A DNA stretch of 64,000 nucleotides from Schizochytrium sp. TIO01 (Eukaryota; Protista; Bigyra: Labyrinthulomycetes), in NCBI GenBank assembly GCA_004764695.1, contig SMSO01000034.1:496001-560000 (forward strand), given 5' to 3'. Positions 1 through 13,652 of the stretch are shown piece after piece. How positions within the stretch are numbered: position 1 is the stretch's first letter; every line of letters starts with the position of its first letter. The notes beneath the pieces are model-generated. The model worked only from the letters and a program-made list of their open reading frames with translations. It had not been told where the DNA came from and did no database searches. Made by a program: the position numbers and the translations under genes.

Positions 1-1598
1 GAAGAAGAGAAAGATCATGGGATAAATGTGAATAAGGATCAACATATAGTCACGAAAATAGTTTCTGTATGCATGCAGCAAACACCATTTCATTTCAGTC
101 AATTCAAGAGTCAGATGGCTTAAGAGAAATCGTACTCGTGCTTGGTTTGGAGCAGGCGCGTGTTCTTGTCCCTTTGAACTTTCTTGCCAGCTCGACTCGA
201 CTCGCTTCCTACTCGAATAAATCACAGATCTTATTCATGATTATATTTATTATTTTTTTCTTTAAAAAAACACATTTTAAAGATTATAACGCACGCGCGG
301 AGGGAATATAGCAACTTCATTCTTTCTCCAAGCTGGTTTTGGAAACTTTTTCCATTCTAAAGTCAAATGAATGCGGCATCATGACCGATTATGTAAAACT
401 ATCGCGTCTGCAATCAAGCTGCGGCAAGCAAGCCCTTTCTTTACCCCGCGCCTCCTTGTCAAAATGTTTCGAAAAAATGGTGTTTACTTTTACAATTTTA
501 CAATTTCAAAACAAGGAAGAAAGAAAAGAGAAGCAACCTCTTCTATGCATACCAAAGAAGTTTTAAATTTTAGAATAAAATATATTATGTTGAAAGCAGA
601 ATATTAAGGTTTTTCTATCAAGGAGTAGACTTTTCTATTTGAAAAGTTCAAAGTAAAAGTAAAAATAGAAAAGTATGCCATTCATTTCAGTTGCGTGCAT
701 TGTCTGTTTGCTTTCTTATGCGTGCCGTAAGTGCGACTTACTTCCTTCCACTCAGCAGTCCTAGAGCTGGCAGCGATATTCGCAACAAAGCTTCCACGCA
801 AGAAAGAAAACAGCCAATTGCGATGAGCCCTCGCTAACCAACCCACTGGCTCCGGCCGATTCCGACTCAGAGGTCTCGCTCGCTTGCGCAAAGTGCCTTT
901 GGTCAACAGAGTCCCAATCTTCTCCGTCTTCTTCTCCTCGTTTCCAGCCAAAGAACGAATGTCGAGGCAACACAACACAACACAACAATGAATTGCGCAC
1001 TTACAGGTTTAGTCTATAAAAAGCCAACAGCTTAAAAGGAAAGGAGGAAGAAGAGAAGTGCGCGAGAAAGAAAGAAAGAAACTAATGCGATGCAGTTTTC
1101 TTTTGTACGAAAAGTGAAAAGTGCAAATCGCAAATTCTCAGTGGCTGCGAGAAACGAGCACCACACAGAAAGAAACAAACAAACAAAGAAACAGGCACAT
1201 TCGAGCAGTTTCTTCCCAAGGACGCCTCGATCCATCCGCGCACAGCTTTGCCTCGACGCCTTGGCCCTGCTCTGTTGATGACAAATACCCACTCACTTTG
1301 ATGCTTTGGCTTTACGCGGGAGAACGTGCTTTTCTCGACTCTCTGTGTCTTTGAAACAGTAGAATTCTGTCTGAAGCAGGCGCTTGCAGAGCACCTCTGC
1401 TTAAAGGCGCATGCTCGGATTGATCATCAGGTACGCTCCCTGAAGCAGGTCGTTCAAAGCAGCGCGCGCCGTGGACGTCCGAGCAGCAAGCTTCTGTCGA
1501 ATGGCTGCGCTTAGTCTTCAAGATACGGCTCGTCGCCTTTGGGTTTCTTGCTTCATGGCGGCTCCGCTGTGTTGAAGCAGCGAAATTGAGCCCTCCAG

Positions 1599-1629
<31 letters not shown>

Positions 1630-4600
1630 GCAGGTGCCGTTCGTTGCTCGAGATAGCGCACATTTGATAAAACATCTGCTCAGGTTCACGAATCGGGCTC
1701 TTTGAAACGTCAAGAGAACGCTTACGACGACCAGCGACTATGAAAAGGCAGGATCGGGCCACACCTAAACCAGCCATTCATCGCATAAACAGAAGCAAGT
1801 TAGTGGCAATGTATAAGCGATAATTTTGAGATCTCAACATCATCATGCTAAACAGCAGATTCGTAGGTAGTAATGAAGGAGGGCAAACCTGTACTTTCTA
1901 AAGAAGACGATATGATGAGCATTAGATTTATTATTAGCTCTTAACATATTCCTACATGACGTCTTTCTGTAGATTTTCATAAAGTCAGCCTTGATCAGTG
2001 AGTCCTTGAGATTATTTCTTTTGGCCGCGCTTACTCGCTTCTGTTGTACTCCGGCAGCTCAATTGCAAGCGACATCCTCATCGTCTATAGCAGCCTGGTG
2101 GGTTTCTCTGCGAGCGACCGCCGTGGCCTTTCTCCAGCCAGCCGCCACCAAGTTTTTGCCTGCATTCGTGAGGTTCAGGTTGTGGCAGTTGACGGCAACG
2201 TACGTATGCTGCCCTTAGATGATGCAGTAGGAAGCACAGTAACAACGAAGTTTCGCAGGATTTTCAAAATGCCGCCATCTCCAGTAGCAGTATTAGAAAT
2301 AATGGTACGGAGCCCTTACGGTGCTGCCTCGCCTTGAAGACTGTTTCCAAGATTATTTCCAAGTCCAGGGGCGATAGCTTAATCGTGATCTTACTTGTAT
2401 ATATTTCAAGTTTGTATTCTATTTTATGACAGGTGAGGAAGAAGAACAGCTTTTTGAAGATGTTTTTTTTAATTTATTTTAAAAAATAAAATTAAAATTA
2501 ATGTTTTTAATGAACAAAAGTTATCATCATAATTGTATTTCCGAAGTCATCAAAACTCAACTTGCCTGCCAATAGGGAGAAAGAAATAGTAAAAAAAAGT
2601 TGACGAAGAAATTGGAATTGATATGGCAATTCTTCCTTATCTTTTAATGCCAAGGTGAAGAGAAGCGCAGCAACTTCCTTCTTCTCCGCATTCTCCTCCT
2701 CAGCACTGAGCCAATATTCTCTACGATCACAGTCATCCTTAAGTTGAATACGCAACACGAGCAGAAAGCCTTTTGAAAAAAGTTCCCGGAAAATAAGAGA
2801 AATAGCAATCGGATTTTCGAAAATATCGGCTACACATTTACTAGGTCAAGGTTATTCAAATTAGTTCAACTTGAACCCATCTGCGACAAAAAATCGACGG
2901 CTTTCTACAGCTAGAGCAATGAGGGACTCAAGAGATCAAGCTGTAGAGCACGATTTAATGTGTTGGTAGTAAATCGTTGTCCTCCATAGATATGGCAGGT
3001 TGATTGCGAGCAAATCCCTGCATTGGAAGCAAACAAATTGGAGTATGCAAATAGCCAGTCTTTATAGTGGGATTTCCATTGACAATCAAAGTTTCTGCAC
3101 AGTATTAATTAGCGGTCAATTCTCTATGGCCTACACTTTGCAAGATGTGAATCCAACTTTTCATTTCCATGAATTGAACAGAAAGGTCCTTGCAATAGCA
3201 CTAATGTTCTTACATTTCTGCCCTTATCCATTTCAACAAAAGCAGGAATCCTCGAACCCTGAGCAGAAAACCTCTTCCTCGAGACTCCAGAAGCAACCTT
3301 CTTCTTCAGCTCTTCGACTTTTCACAAAATATAAAGTTGACCATAATGTAAAGTTGAGCCGGGAAATAAAACAAATGCAAATGTCTCATTTTCCTTACAA
3401 CTTGCACTCCTTCCGTAAGCAGTCCCAGTCGGGGTGTCAGTGCTTACACTGTTACACTTACCTAAGAACCATGTATATCAAAAATGCTGCAAATGCAGTC
3501 ATTCTTAATTCTGGCTTCGTTTCTAAGCCTTTGCAACTGCGGCATCGTCATCTTCGCGTGCGACCAAAACTGCGCACGATTGTACCCAGCTTGCTAAAGT
3601 ACCTTGACTTCGTTCATAGACTCTATATGTGTCGACCAGCTGCACCAGTTGCTCTGAATCCTGCTCCAATCTCCTCCAAAAAGGCATTGAACAATGTTCT
3701 TATAACCTTTCCACCCCTTAGACTTTTGTTCAAGCACTTGTCTCAAGTCTGTGTGGCTTGTCTCCGAACTAGACACGAGCTTAAGCCCCGCCTCGGACAA
3801 TCAAGCTCGCCACCACGAACTTGAACAGCCTCAAACTTGAGCCATCATCAGCTTTTGCTATGTCTCCACCGAAGATGCTAAGATTCTATTTGCATGGGGC
3901 ACCGTCCGCACTTGTAATAATCATTAAATAGTAGTAAGCAAGAGAGGGAGAACTTTCTGAGAAAGGAAACAAAGAACCACTGCTTGCAATCTTAGCAATG
4001 GAAAAGAAAGAAGCACGCACTAAAAGGACCTCACGGCTTGGCACGAGTCGCTTACATTTGCAAGGCCTTTGTTTGTGGCGACCATCTTTGTAAATCGAAG
4101 AAGTCCTCCGAAATCAACAATTTAAGATCAATGGCAGCGAAATGTTTGTGAAGGGAGCAGCACTTCGTAGTTAGTTAGTTCATCCTGTGTACTATTTCTT
4201 CGAGGAAGGCTTTTTATTGTTTTATTGATTTATATTTATTGGTTTTAGTTCCATGGAGGTGTCCTTTATCATTTCATAAACCATTTGTCCTTCTTTTTAA
4301 TTTACAAATAAATAAATAAATAAAAATAGTTTCTTGAAACTTCAAAGCGCGCGTATTCATTTATATAATATATATATTTGAAATTTTTGATTAAATTTAA
4401 ATAAAATAAAAATATCGAAAATATCGGCTTCAAATCTGTTTATCTTATAAACTAAAACAAAATATAAGATGAAGTGGAAATGAAGTAGGTACTGCAAAAG
4501 ATCTCCTGGTGCTGAAGAACTGCGACAGGTTCAAGATTGTGCTGCCGAGCCACACACGCGCAAAAGCTTCGGCTCTTGAGCCGCTGACACCGCAACCATT

Positions 4601-6893
4601 ATCCAGCGAAAACATATATCAGCCGCATCTTTCGGAACTCCCCTACATCGAGTATGGTATCTTGTTGAACAAGACTGTAATGAAGCTAGTCACAGTGAAG
4701 AAGAGGAATCGAAGTGGGAGCTCACAACCCTTTTTCATTTCCTTATCAGAGTGCATCTGCGGCTTTACACCTCTTTTTCAAATGAAAAATTAGAATAAGT
4801 CTCACTTTAACTTCGTTTTATCGACGTCATCGTTGCTGACGCGTAGATAGAGAGTGATAAGGAGGAGGACGAGAGAGTCACTTTAATTCTTTCAGACTTT
4901 TTGAGAGGGTGGCCGCCGCTTTTCTACCTGCTAGCCCAAGTATAAGAATAAGAGTTTTCACAAACTCGTGCGAGAACTTTTTCTTTTCCTTTTCCTTTCT
5001 TTTTTTCTCTAATAAAGTAGGACTTTTAGTCTTTGTTTTACACTCGAAATTATTAAATGAATACATACATATATATTTTATTTTTATTTATTTTTTAATC
5101 GTTCAAGGTCATGAGTCTTTTGGTTGTATGTCGCAGCTTCGAAGCAGCATTGTAATGATCAATCTTTTAAGCATTGATGTCCTGTAATTAAAGGCACCTA
5201 TTCATGCACTAAGCTCGTGGACGTATGAATGAAGGCGAGTTATGTTTCTCTCTGAGAATGTCAACCACACAACCTACGGCCATCTCCCCACTAACACTTC
5301 GACATACCGTGGCGATTTATTTCTAGGACTCCGCTTTTCCCATTCTTATGCTTATCCATAACTAGAATGTATGCTAATTAACGTAAACCACAATCATTCG
5401 AATTGAAAAGAAAAGTGCAGTCTCTCTCTCTCTCTGACTGATACTAAAGAATAAAATAGAATGTTCTTTATCGATATTTTCTTTTCTCATTGAATCGAAA
5501 GTGTTCTGTACACATTCTCTGAGAAGGCAGAGCAACTACAACCAAAGTGGACAAGTGGACAAGTGGATCAAGTCCGCAGCCGACCAACCAATTCGCTCTC
5601 AGCTCGTGAAATGTTTCCCCCTCTAAGCTCTGCCTATCGCCGACTCGGCTCGTCGTGACTCGGCTCGGCTCGAATCAGTCTTCCTGCTCAGCAGCTGGAT
5701 AGTGTTCTGGTGATACCACTGCCGTCTTTTGAAAGGAAAAAAGTGACTGATGCATTTCTAAAAATTACTATTCAAATATAAATTAACTTACTCAACTTTC
5801 CTGACAGAACAAAATATAAAACAATAAAAAACAATATATATATATTTATACAACACACATCTCAACATGACACGAGATCAGAAATGCAGAAAATCGTGGA
5901 CGATAACAACCAAAACTCCGTCCTCCACAATTACTACTCGCAAGGACCTCCTTCTGGCCGGCCCTAGCAGAGCCAACCATGCAGCAGCAGAAACCACATA
6001 GTTTATTCTGCGTGTTTGATGGATGATTGATAGCAGCAGCCAGAGTCTCCCCTTTTCGGCGCCTACGTAGGTATCCTCTCTTTCTTTTCTCTATCCATGT
6101 TCCAAATAAACACCCCACAGTTGTGCGCTAGAACTGACACGAAGCAACATAGAGGACCCCGTCAAAGAAGCATCCGCGAAAGCTGCCAGAGCAGAGTAGA
6201 AAGCAGCCAGCAAGAGCTTCTTCGTGCTGCGGTGAGGGCAGCAGGAAAGCTGTAGCTTCTGCTGCCTCGTGGACATGCGCAGTTGCTAGCTTCGGCAACC
6301 TTCCGCCCAGCTCTTCATACGCGTTAGCATGGCTTCAGTAGTTTCCTGTCTTTTTTTGGTTTTTCCAGCATCGTGACACCTACTCATTACTGTCATTGCT
6401 GTCATGATTATTCATTTATTGATTTATTTACAAAAACAAAAAAAACTGAAGCGCTTTTTAGTTTTGAAAATAGTAGTACTCTAAAGATTTGTTTTTTAAA
6501 TTTATCTTTTAATAATTTGTTTTACCTGTAGCTAGAAAAAAGAGGACTAAATAAAATAACAGCAAGAGGACACAGAAGAAGAGTTGGCGCCTGTAAATTT
6601 AACTCTCACGCTCTCGCTCTCTCTTCCTCGTCCGGGACGAGCGTTGGCAGAGGCTGGGTTTGGCTTGCGCCGCGCTGTCTCTCGGTCCCAGCCTGGGCGT
6701 CAAGCGCATCTTCCCTCGCACGGCTCCGCTTATCCGCGATCAAAGGCTTCGGATGAGCGATTCGCGAGGCCTGAGCAAATGATGTTGGCTCAATCTCTCT
6801 CTATTCAAGAGCAGCGGTTTCGCGAGCTCTGAACACGCATTGCCTTTCAACCAATACATAATAAACATCAATCAAAGGAAATGCTCGCTTTCC

Positions 6894-6894
6894 T

Positions 6895-6942
<48 letters not shown>

Positions 6943-6950
6943 TTTTTTTT
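6894..6950. repeat. (TTTC)n microsatellite followed by a T-run
   Basis: Tandem tttc units visible directly; they produce the KKERKKER run in ORF 6801..6992. Confidence 0.95.
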
Positions 6951-8601
6951 CTTCATTTTTTTTCTTTTGGGTTTTGAGAGAAAGAAAGACAACTTGAAAT
7001 GGACTCGCGGCCATCCGAAACTTGAACGTCTGGGTAATGCATGGGCTTGAAGACCTCTGACTTACAAAGAAGAGATGGCCATTTACATTTTACAGAGCCC
7101 TCTCTCTGTACCAAGCATCGTCTCGAGCTTGTTCGAAGTATGATATGGAGTTCATATTCATTTACAACCCAGAGAGGATGGAAATGGCGGCATGCATTTA
7201 TTTGCGTGTGTTTTACTATCCGCCACAGGAAAATAATTACAACGATTGCTGTGAGTTTCTCTGCTGCAAGTACTAACTAGGTACTATGATGATGACGATT
7301 CGAAAGAAAGGTACGTACCTATTGTGCAACACACGAAAGTCCTCGAATCTCTAATCTAATCATTATTGCTATTGTTCGTTCAAGTTTACTTTACAATCCT
7401 GTATTTGTTTAATTTTTCAGAATTGAGTTGTTATAGTTACATGGTTATTAAAATAAGAATGAGACTAATTTTAAAATACAAATAAAAATTCAACACCAAA
7501 GAGTGGCAAGAACCAGAAAGCATTGCATTGCATTGCATTGCATCGCATTTCATTCCATTCCAGGAAGGGGTGGGCTGGGTCGAGTGAGAGCAGCTCTGCT
7601 TCTGCCATTTGTTTCAGCTTTTGCCGTCGCTACTTCTATGATCCTGTCGACGAGGGAGGTTTACAGGCCCAGCCAAGATCAACCAAGGCAGCGGGGGTTT
7701 ACTTGCTTGCTTGCTTGCTTCAGGCCCCTTTCTGTGCTGATGAGCCATACATTCATACATACATACATACATACATACACCATACACATATAATATAATG
7801 TATCCCGATTTCCTTCTTTTCCCGAGTCAATCCTTTTCTGTTCTAGTTTTCTTTTCTTTCTGCCTGCGTGAGAAGACGCGCAAGCAGCGTGGGAATTCTC
7901 AGCGACAGCGGCGAGAACACATGGAACGTAATGCATGGGGATTGGAACAGGAGAACGTGAAGAACGCGAGACCGTCTTGACTCCCTAAGCAAGCAAGCGA
8001 GGTCTTGGAGAAGGCAGCAGCAAAGAACGAGAGAAGACGAGAGAATGCAGCATAGGACATCCATCCATCCGCAGGGGCTGAAGGCACTGCAAAGCGAAGT
8101 TCAGGGTTACTCTTTGCAGTGTCACTCTCCGGCAGCGAGAAAGCGCTCTTGGGAGCGGATGATTGGCGAAGACTTTGAAGGTGTGGAGAATGAATGTCCA
8201 GCCAGGCATGCCTCAAAATGGATGGCGGGAATGGCGTGTTCTGGCGAGATTTGTACAGGGTTCTCGCCAGGAACTCGCGATCAATATCTGGGTGCGGAAT
8301 TCTGCAAAGCGAGAGGACGGAACAGCGCTTTGCGAATAATTTTACGAGCGACTGAGCATCTCGTGAATCGAGGGGCCAGAGGCTTGGAGGGGGCGGAGTT
8401 GGCGGAAGCGAAAGACACGCGTGGCCAACAGTGTGGATGTTTCGTGCGGGCAAAACTGCGCAAAAGGGAAGACGAATCGCCCCTGCAAGCGGGTTTCCCG
8501 TGGACCACGACGTTACCAGCTGGCACCACAGCTTATGTATGGTCACATAGAGGATCTCAACAGAGCTTGTACAATTTTCAATCACGCTGTCAAGAAAGTC
8601 T

Positions 8602-8660
8602 AATCTCAACAATCTCAACATTCTCAACATTCTCAACATTCTCAACATTCTCAACATTCT
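8602..8660. repeat. 9-bp minisatellite (A[A/T]TCTCAAC) x6
   Basis: aatctcaac x2 then attctcaac x4; gives the STFSTF and MLRMLR repeats in overlapping ORFs. Confidence 0.9.
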
Positions 8661-11600
8661 TCAGCTTCAGATTCTTTGCATTCCGTCTCCCTCATAATGG
8701 CAGCCTCTCCGTGTTACCAAGCACTCTTGAAACGAGAATAGCGGTCTTAGCAAAGCGCGAGTGAAGGGGCTTCCATTAAAAATGAATGGTAACTAACTAT
8801 CAATACAAACTCGCTTGTTTGAGTTTCGATAGAGCTCATGCCTGGGTTATGGAAACATTCACTGATAGTCAGATTGAGTGCGTTGCACACAAGATCATCA
8901 CTAAATTTGCCTCACGTCGCACGATGCTATCGCTCTCTTCCCCAAAACCAGGAGCTAGCTGCACCACTTGCATGGCCCCGCTCGATTTCCTCAAAACCAT
9001 GGTGATAAGAAGTACAAAAAGGGGTCGCTGCGCGATCAACCGTGCCTCGGCTCCGCAAGTCAGTTTGCCAAGGACGTGAAACCACCAGCAAAACTCACGC
9101 TCACTGCGAACGGGGAAAACACACAGATGGTTCCGACTTGGCTGCCAGCAGCGGCATCGATTCACAGGCACTCTTCGTTCATTAGAGCTATCAGGTGGTG
9201 CTATTCTCGAGGCCACTGCGCTCTGGCACTGCTGAGATAGGTTCTTACAGACCGGAATTGGTAAACTACTAAGAATGTTTTGCCTATGTCCTGAAGGTTT
9301 AAGGTTTATTTCCCAATTCTTTTCGACATCCTCACCTCATGTAATACCTATAGATTTAAAATCAATCAGAAACGGGCGTTATGGATGCAAATGTCGAAAA
9401 TGAAAATGAAAACCTTTCACTTATGTCTAACTAGTCAAAAGTTAATTTTGCAAGTAAATGATTTAATGAAAGTAAAACGCTTTTAAAGTTATGATAATAC
9501 TTAGCTATGAGCTAGTATCGAGGTACTCCACTGCACGATCTTAAAATGCTTAAAAGGAAGACGAGGTACCTACGAAGAGTGACAATTCGCAGGTTCTTTT
9601 CGTTACCATCAACTTCTTAAAAAAAGTATGGTTTGGATGACTGACTGTTGATTTTACTTGGCTGGTTAATTCATTTTGTTCATGGACTGGAAGCCTAGAA
9701 AGGCGTCTATTCGTCGAAGATGTTTACTGTCAGTGCCCTTCATCTTGGAGGGCCTCTTTCTACTACCTTGGTGTGCCTGCGCTTGGACCCTGCAACGTGG
9801 TTTTAGCCCCAAAGAGCACGTTCTCTGAAACAAGGGAACTTGCAACCAGGTTGTTTAATTTGAGGTTCTGAAAGAAAAGATGGTACATGTTACTTTCACC
9901 TTGGAACTCCTCCTCACTCTCTCTCTCTCTCTCTGCACATGATTAATTTTGTTTTTTATTTACTTTGCCTTTTCTTTCTTACTCACACTGAAAAAGAAAA
10001 AGAAAAAACTTTAGATTTAACAAAATATATATAACTTTAATTAATTTTAGAAAATAACTTTTAAAAATAACGATGAACTTGAAACACAGAAGCCATTCAT
10101 AGACCGCTCTTCATTTTTGTTTGGTTTTCTTGCTTGTAGGATACGTAGTCCCAGGGAGATTCAGATCTGAGACACCACTATCTAGAACCGCTCAAACAGC
10201 CTGGCCACCGACTTTTTGCGGGAAACGTACTTCGAAATGATGCTGTCCCGAAGCAAAGTATTGTCCTTCGTAAGTGAATGATTGGCAACTTGACTCTACT
10301 TTCACAGACTGACTGCTCTTTCATCTTAGTCAAGAGCTTAAATCTTCTTTATTGATTTGCATTCTTGCAAAAGAAGACAAAATCAAGGTAGGATACGCGT
10401 TCTTTCCCGTCATCTCGTGATCTGTGAAAAATGGAGGATCAAGTTGTTTTTTGTTGACGGTGTTAGTCGTTGTTGTCCTTATTGTATCCAATCAAAGCGA
10501 TCGCCAATATCGTCTTCTCTTTTTCTCGTCTTTTTTAAAGGTATTGTGATCATTATTTTCTTACTAAGTCTAAAATAAAAATCGAATATGAAACTAAGTA
10601 GTACTGAAAATGAAGATAAAAGGACAAGAAAGGAAGTGGACGTCGAAGTCCACTTGAATCTGATCTGATCTGGAAACAGCAATCAGGAAGTGCTCGCATT
10701 GCTCGCGGTGCTTGCGTGCTCGTTCACGTGAGCCCGTTCGTAGAGCATTTTCCACTGCTGCCGATGGAATGCCACGACGGCCGTCTCAAATTGGCCTGCT
10801 GCCCTCCTTAGCCATATTTTTCACCTTTCACCAGAGGCAGCAAAGCAAGTCTCGTCTCGAGAGCAAGATCAAGCAAGATCAATCAATTCGTTCACCGAAG
10901 AACACACGTGCTCGGACGCCGTCCCAGCAACATGGAGAAACTTGGACTTGTGAATCGCAGTCGAGATCCGCCTCCTCAACGAAGGTAGCTTGCTGAGCGA
11001 GCTCTTCGAACCGAATTATCAGATCGATCGGAAACATCTCGCATCCATGCATGCGTCCAATGGAGAAGTAAGAGGCTTTTCAAAGATAGTGGACAGCGAG
11101 CGGTCTAACAACTAGGAATTACGCCTTTGCGAAGTAGCAAGAGCTCTGGCGATATCTTTGCACTTCTTGGCCAATAGATGCTAACATAATTGGGTCTGGT
11201 AGTCTAGGCGAAGACCAGGCCTCTCGCGCGTGGCGCTTCTCTATGGAATCGCTGGGACGTGTCTCGGAACCTCTAGCAAGTTTAGGTTTCGACATTTCCT
11301 CGAACGAGCCTGGGTCGATCAAACAGGGGCCAAATGCCTTCGTGGATATATCTGATCGTTTGTGTTTGCAGCTGGCAACTTAGAAGGATGGCAAGAAATT
11401 CTTTCAACAAGCTGATCCAAAAAAATAGATGGTTTCATAGGACAGGGCGTGGATGTGGTCATACTTGACCTTTTGAGAGAAGAACTCAAACACAAACGAT
11501 TTGAAGCCACTCTGGTGAGCCTTGGGAATGCAAATATGTAGATTTGGAAATGGGGACGTTTACTTCCCCAAAGTCTTGCAGAGTAGCCCGACCTCTCTCT

Positions 11601-11873
11601 TTCTATGTATATATATATATATATATAGCCGTGCTTGTTAATAGTTCGTGATTCTATTCGTCCTAATGAAATGTGCACGAATGTTAAGGGACATTCACAA
11701 TTCATTTTTTGTGGCGTGCTGTTTATTTAGACGATTCTTGTAGATTTACAAAGATCACCGAAGATACTAATTTATAGAAGTTTTAGAATATGAATTCATG
11801 AGGTAACTTAAGAACAGAGACATCCAAGTGTATTGCAGTTTAGCACCGAACAGATCGAGGTAAACCCATTCGC

Positions 11874-13652
11874 TCAGCTTGCGTCCAGCGCTGCGGAGGA
11901 AGCCCATTCTGGGAATTCGTTAAGATCTCCGAATACACGTCCTGTTAAAAATGTAAACGGGATGGTCAATGCAATAGATGCAATTTTCACGAGGATACCC
12001 CCCTTGAACATATCGAAAAAGGTCATATCCTCACAAGCTGCAAACGCAATCGTAGATGGAGGTGTAGCGGTCGGCAGCAAAAATGCAAATGAGGCTGCGA
12101 CGGTTGCAGGAAGTCCCAGCAGCAAAGGGTTGATTTCCTGTTGAACAGCAAGCTCAAGCAAAATAGGACCAAACAGCGTGATAGAAGCAGTGTTGCTAAT
12201 CAATTCGGTGATGAAACTGACAATGATTGTCACGACGGTCACCAGAACAACAGGCGATAGACTGGCAACACTAGTGATGAGAGAAGAGATTTCCAAAGAG
12301 AGCCCGCTTGAAGACACCGAGCTAGCGATAGCGAAACCTGCGCCCATGAGGAGCAAAACGCCCCAAGGCAGGCGCTTGAAAGCGCTTTCATCCAGTAACA
12401 TGCGACCTTGACGTGACGATGATGGAATAAAGTACAGAACTACTGCACCAATAACAGCAATTGTGCTATCATCCACGTAGCTGTTCCATACATATCCAGT
12501 AATTGCAGTACATACAGCCTCAGGGCTTAGCGTCTCATCCTGGACGCAATATCCGAGATACGGATCGAGAATATATGGACGAGCAATCCACAAAAGAACC
12601 ATACAGGAAAGAACCACACCCAGCACGAGTTCATCTCGTGTAACTGGTCCTAATGCTCGGCGCTCGCGAGCAAGCGCTTCTGCATTAAGGTTGAGGTCGA
12701 TACCCCTTAGAAAGACCACATAAACTGAAATCCAAGCAATGATCAGCACAATAAAGGCGAGCGGGAAGGCAAACGCAATCCAGTTTTGAAAAGTAAGCGC
12801 AGGTGCAGTCGGGAAAGCTCCACTATAAAGCAAGGAAAATACCAGGTTCGGAATCGTACCAATGATAGTGGCTGTCCCGCCGGTGCTAGCAGCAAATGCA
12901 ACTCCAATGAGAGCTGCTTTTTCAAAACGTTTGCCATCGGCGGTGTCAGTGCGTCCCTCCAGAAATCCTTTCACCACAGGAACCATCAGAATGGTGGTGG
13001 ATGTATTGCTAGCAAACATAGAAATTACACCGGTGATAAGCATGAAACCGAGGAGTACAATCGCAGGACGTGTTCCACAAAATTTCAGGGCCCACAATGC
13101 AAAGCGTTTATGCGCCATGGCATCTTCAACTGCAAGCACCACAATGAATGCGCCGAGGAATAGAAACGAAATGTGGTTGTAATACAATGCAGCGAGGTCG
13201 CGACAACGAGCTACAGACGCCAAAGGATAAAGGATTAGTGGCATCATAGAGGTTACAGAAATAGGCACGACCTCAAAGCACCAGTAAATCACAATGAACA
13301 ACGTCATGGCCAAAGCTTCATTTGCTTTGGGGTTCTCATCCGATATTTCAACATTTGCCATTATAATCGCTGATAGCGGGCCAAGGATGAGGCCAATTTT
13401 CTGCATGATTGAAAACTGTCTCCACCATCCAAATGTGAATGTTTCCAGACACGGAGCATCGTGACGATCCAGAGAATCTGGCTTTTCGATATCAGAATCA
13501 CCATTCATAGAGCCGTCGTCGTTAGGAGCCATATTTTTATTGTCCTCATTGTCAAACGTAAAGGATTCGGGGGGTTCACGCGATGTAGAGCGAGTGGGTT
13601 GAATGTGCCCATCATGGATTTGCTCGTTGTTTCGTTGGTGATCTTGAATCAT
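11874..13652 (-). CDS. SLC13/DASS family Na+-coupled divalent anion (dicarboxylate/sulfate) symporter, 592 aa
   Basis: Many hydrophobic helices; two SNT motifs (ASNTST, ISNTAS); GGTATIIGTIPN; PWGVLLLMGAGFAI; AFLLPTATPP. Intronless. Substrate not determinable from sequence. Confidence 0.92.
   Translation of the reverse strand: MIQDHQRNNEQIHDGHIQPTRSTSREPPESFTFDNEDNKNMAPNDDGSMNGDSDIEKPDSLDRHDAPCLETFTFGWWRQFSIMQKIGLILGPLSAIIMANVEISDENPKANEALAMTLFIVIYWCFEVVPISVTSMMPLILYPLASVARCRDLAALYYNHISFLFLGAFIVVLAVEDAMAHKRFALWALKFCGTRPAIVLLGFMLITGVISMFASNTSTTILMVPVVKGFLEGRTDTADGKRFEKAALIGVAFAASTGGTATIIGTIPNLVFSLLYSGAFPTAPALTFQNWIAFAFPLAFIVLIIAWISVYVVFLRGIDLNLNAEALARERRALGPVTRDELVLGVVLSCMVLLWIARPYILDPYLGYCVQDETLSPEAVCTAITGYVWNSYVDDSTIAVIGAVVLYFIPSSSRQGRMLLDESAFKRLPWGVLLLMGAGFAIASSVSSSGLSLEISSLITSVASLSPVVLVTVVTIIVSFITELISNTASITLFGPILLELAVQQEINPLLLGLPATVAASFAFLLPTATPPSTIAFAACEDMTFFDMFKGGILVKIASIALTIPFTFLTGRVFGDLNEFPEWASSAALDAS

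Noticed and set aside
2044-2337. SDILIVYSSLVGF resembling a caspase small-subunit motif
   Set aside because: One short motif, with no His/Cys catalytic region nearby.
3000-3824. 274-aa plus-strand ORF
   Set aside because: Non-ATG start and no recognisable domain; may be the shadow of a decayed minus-strand gene. Not excluded, but unsupported.
7899-8764. Overlapping 252-aa and 239-aa ORFs
   Set aside because: No recognisable domains; partly extended by the 9-bp minisatellite.
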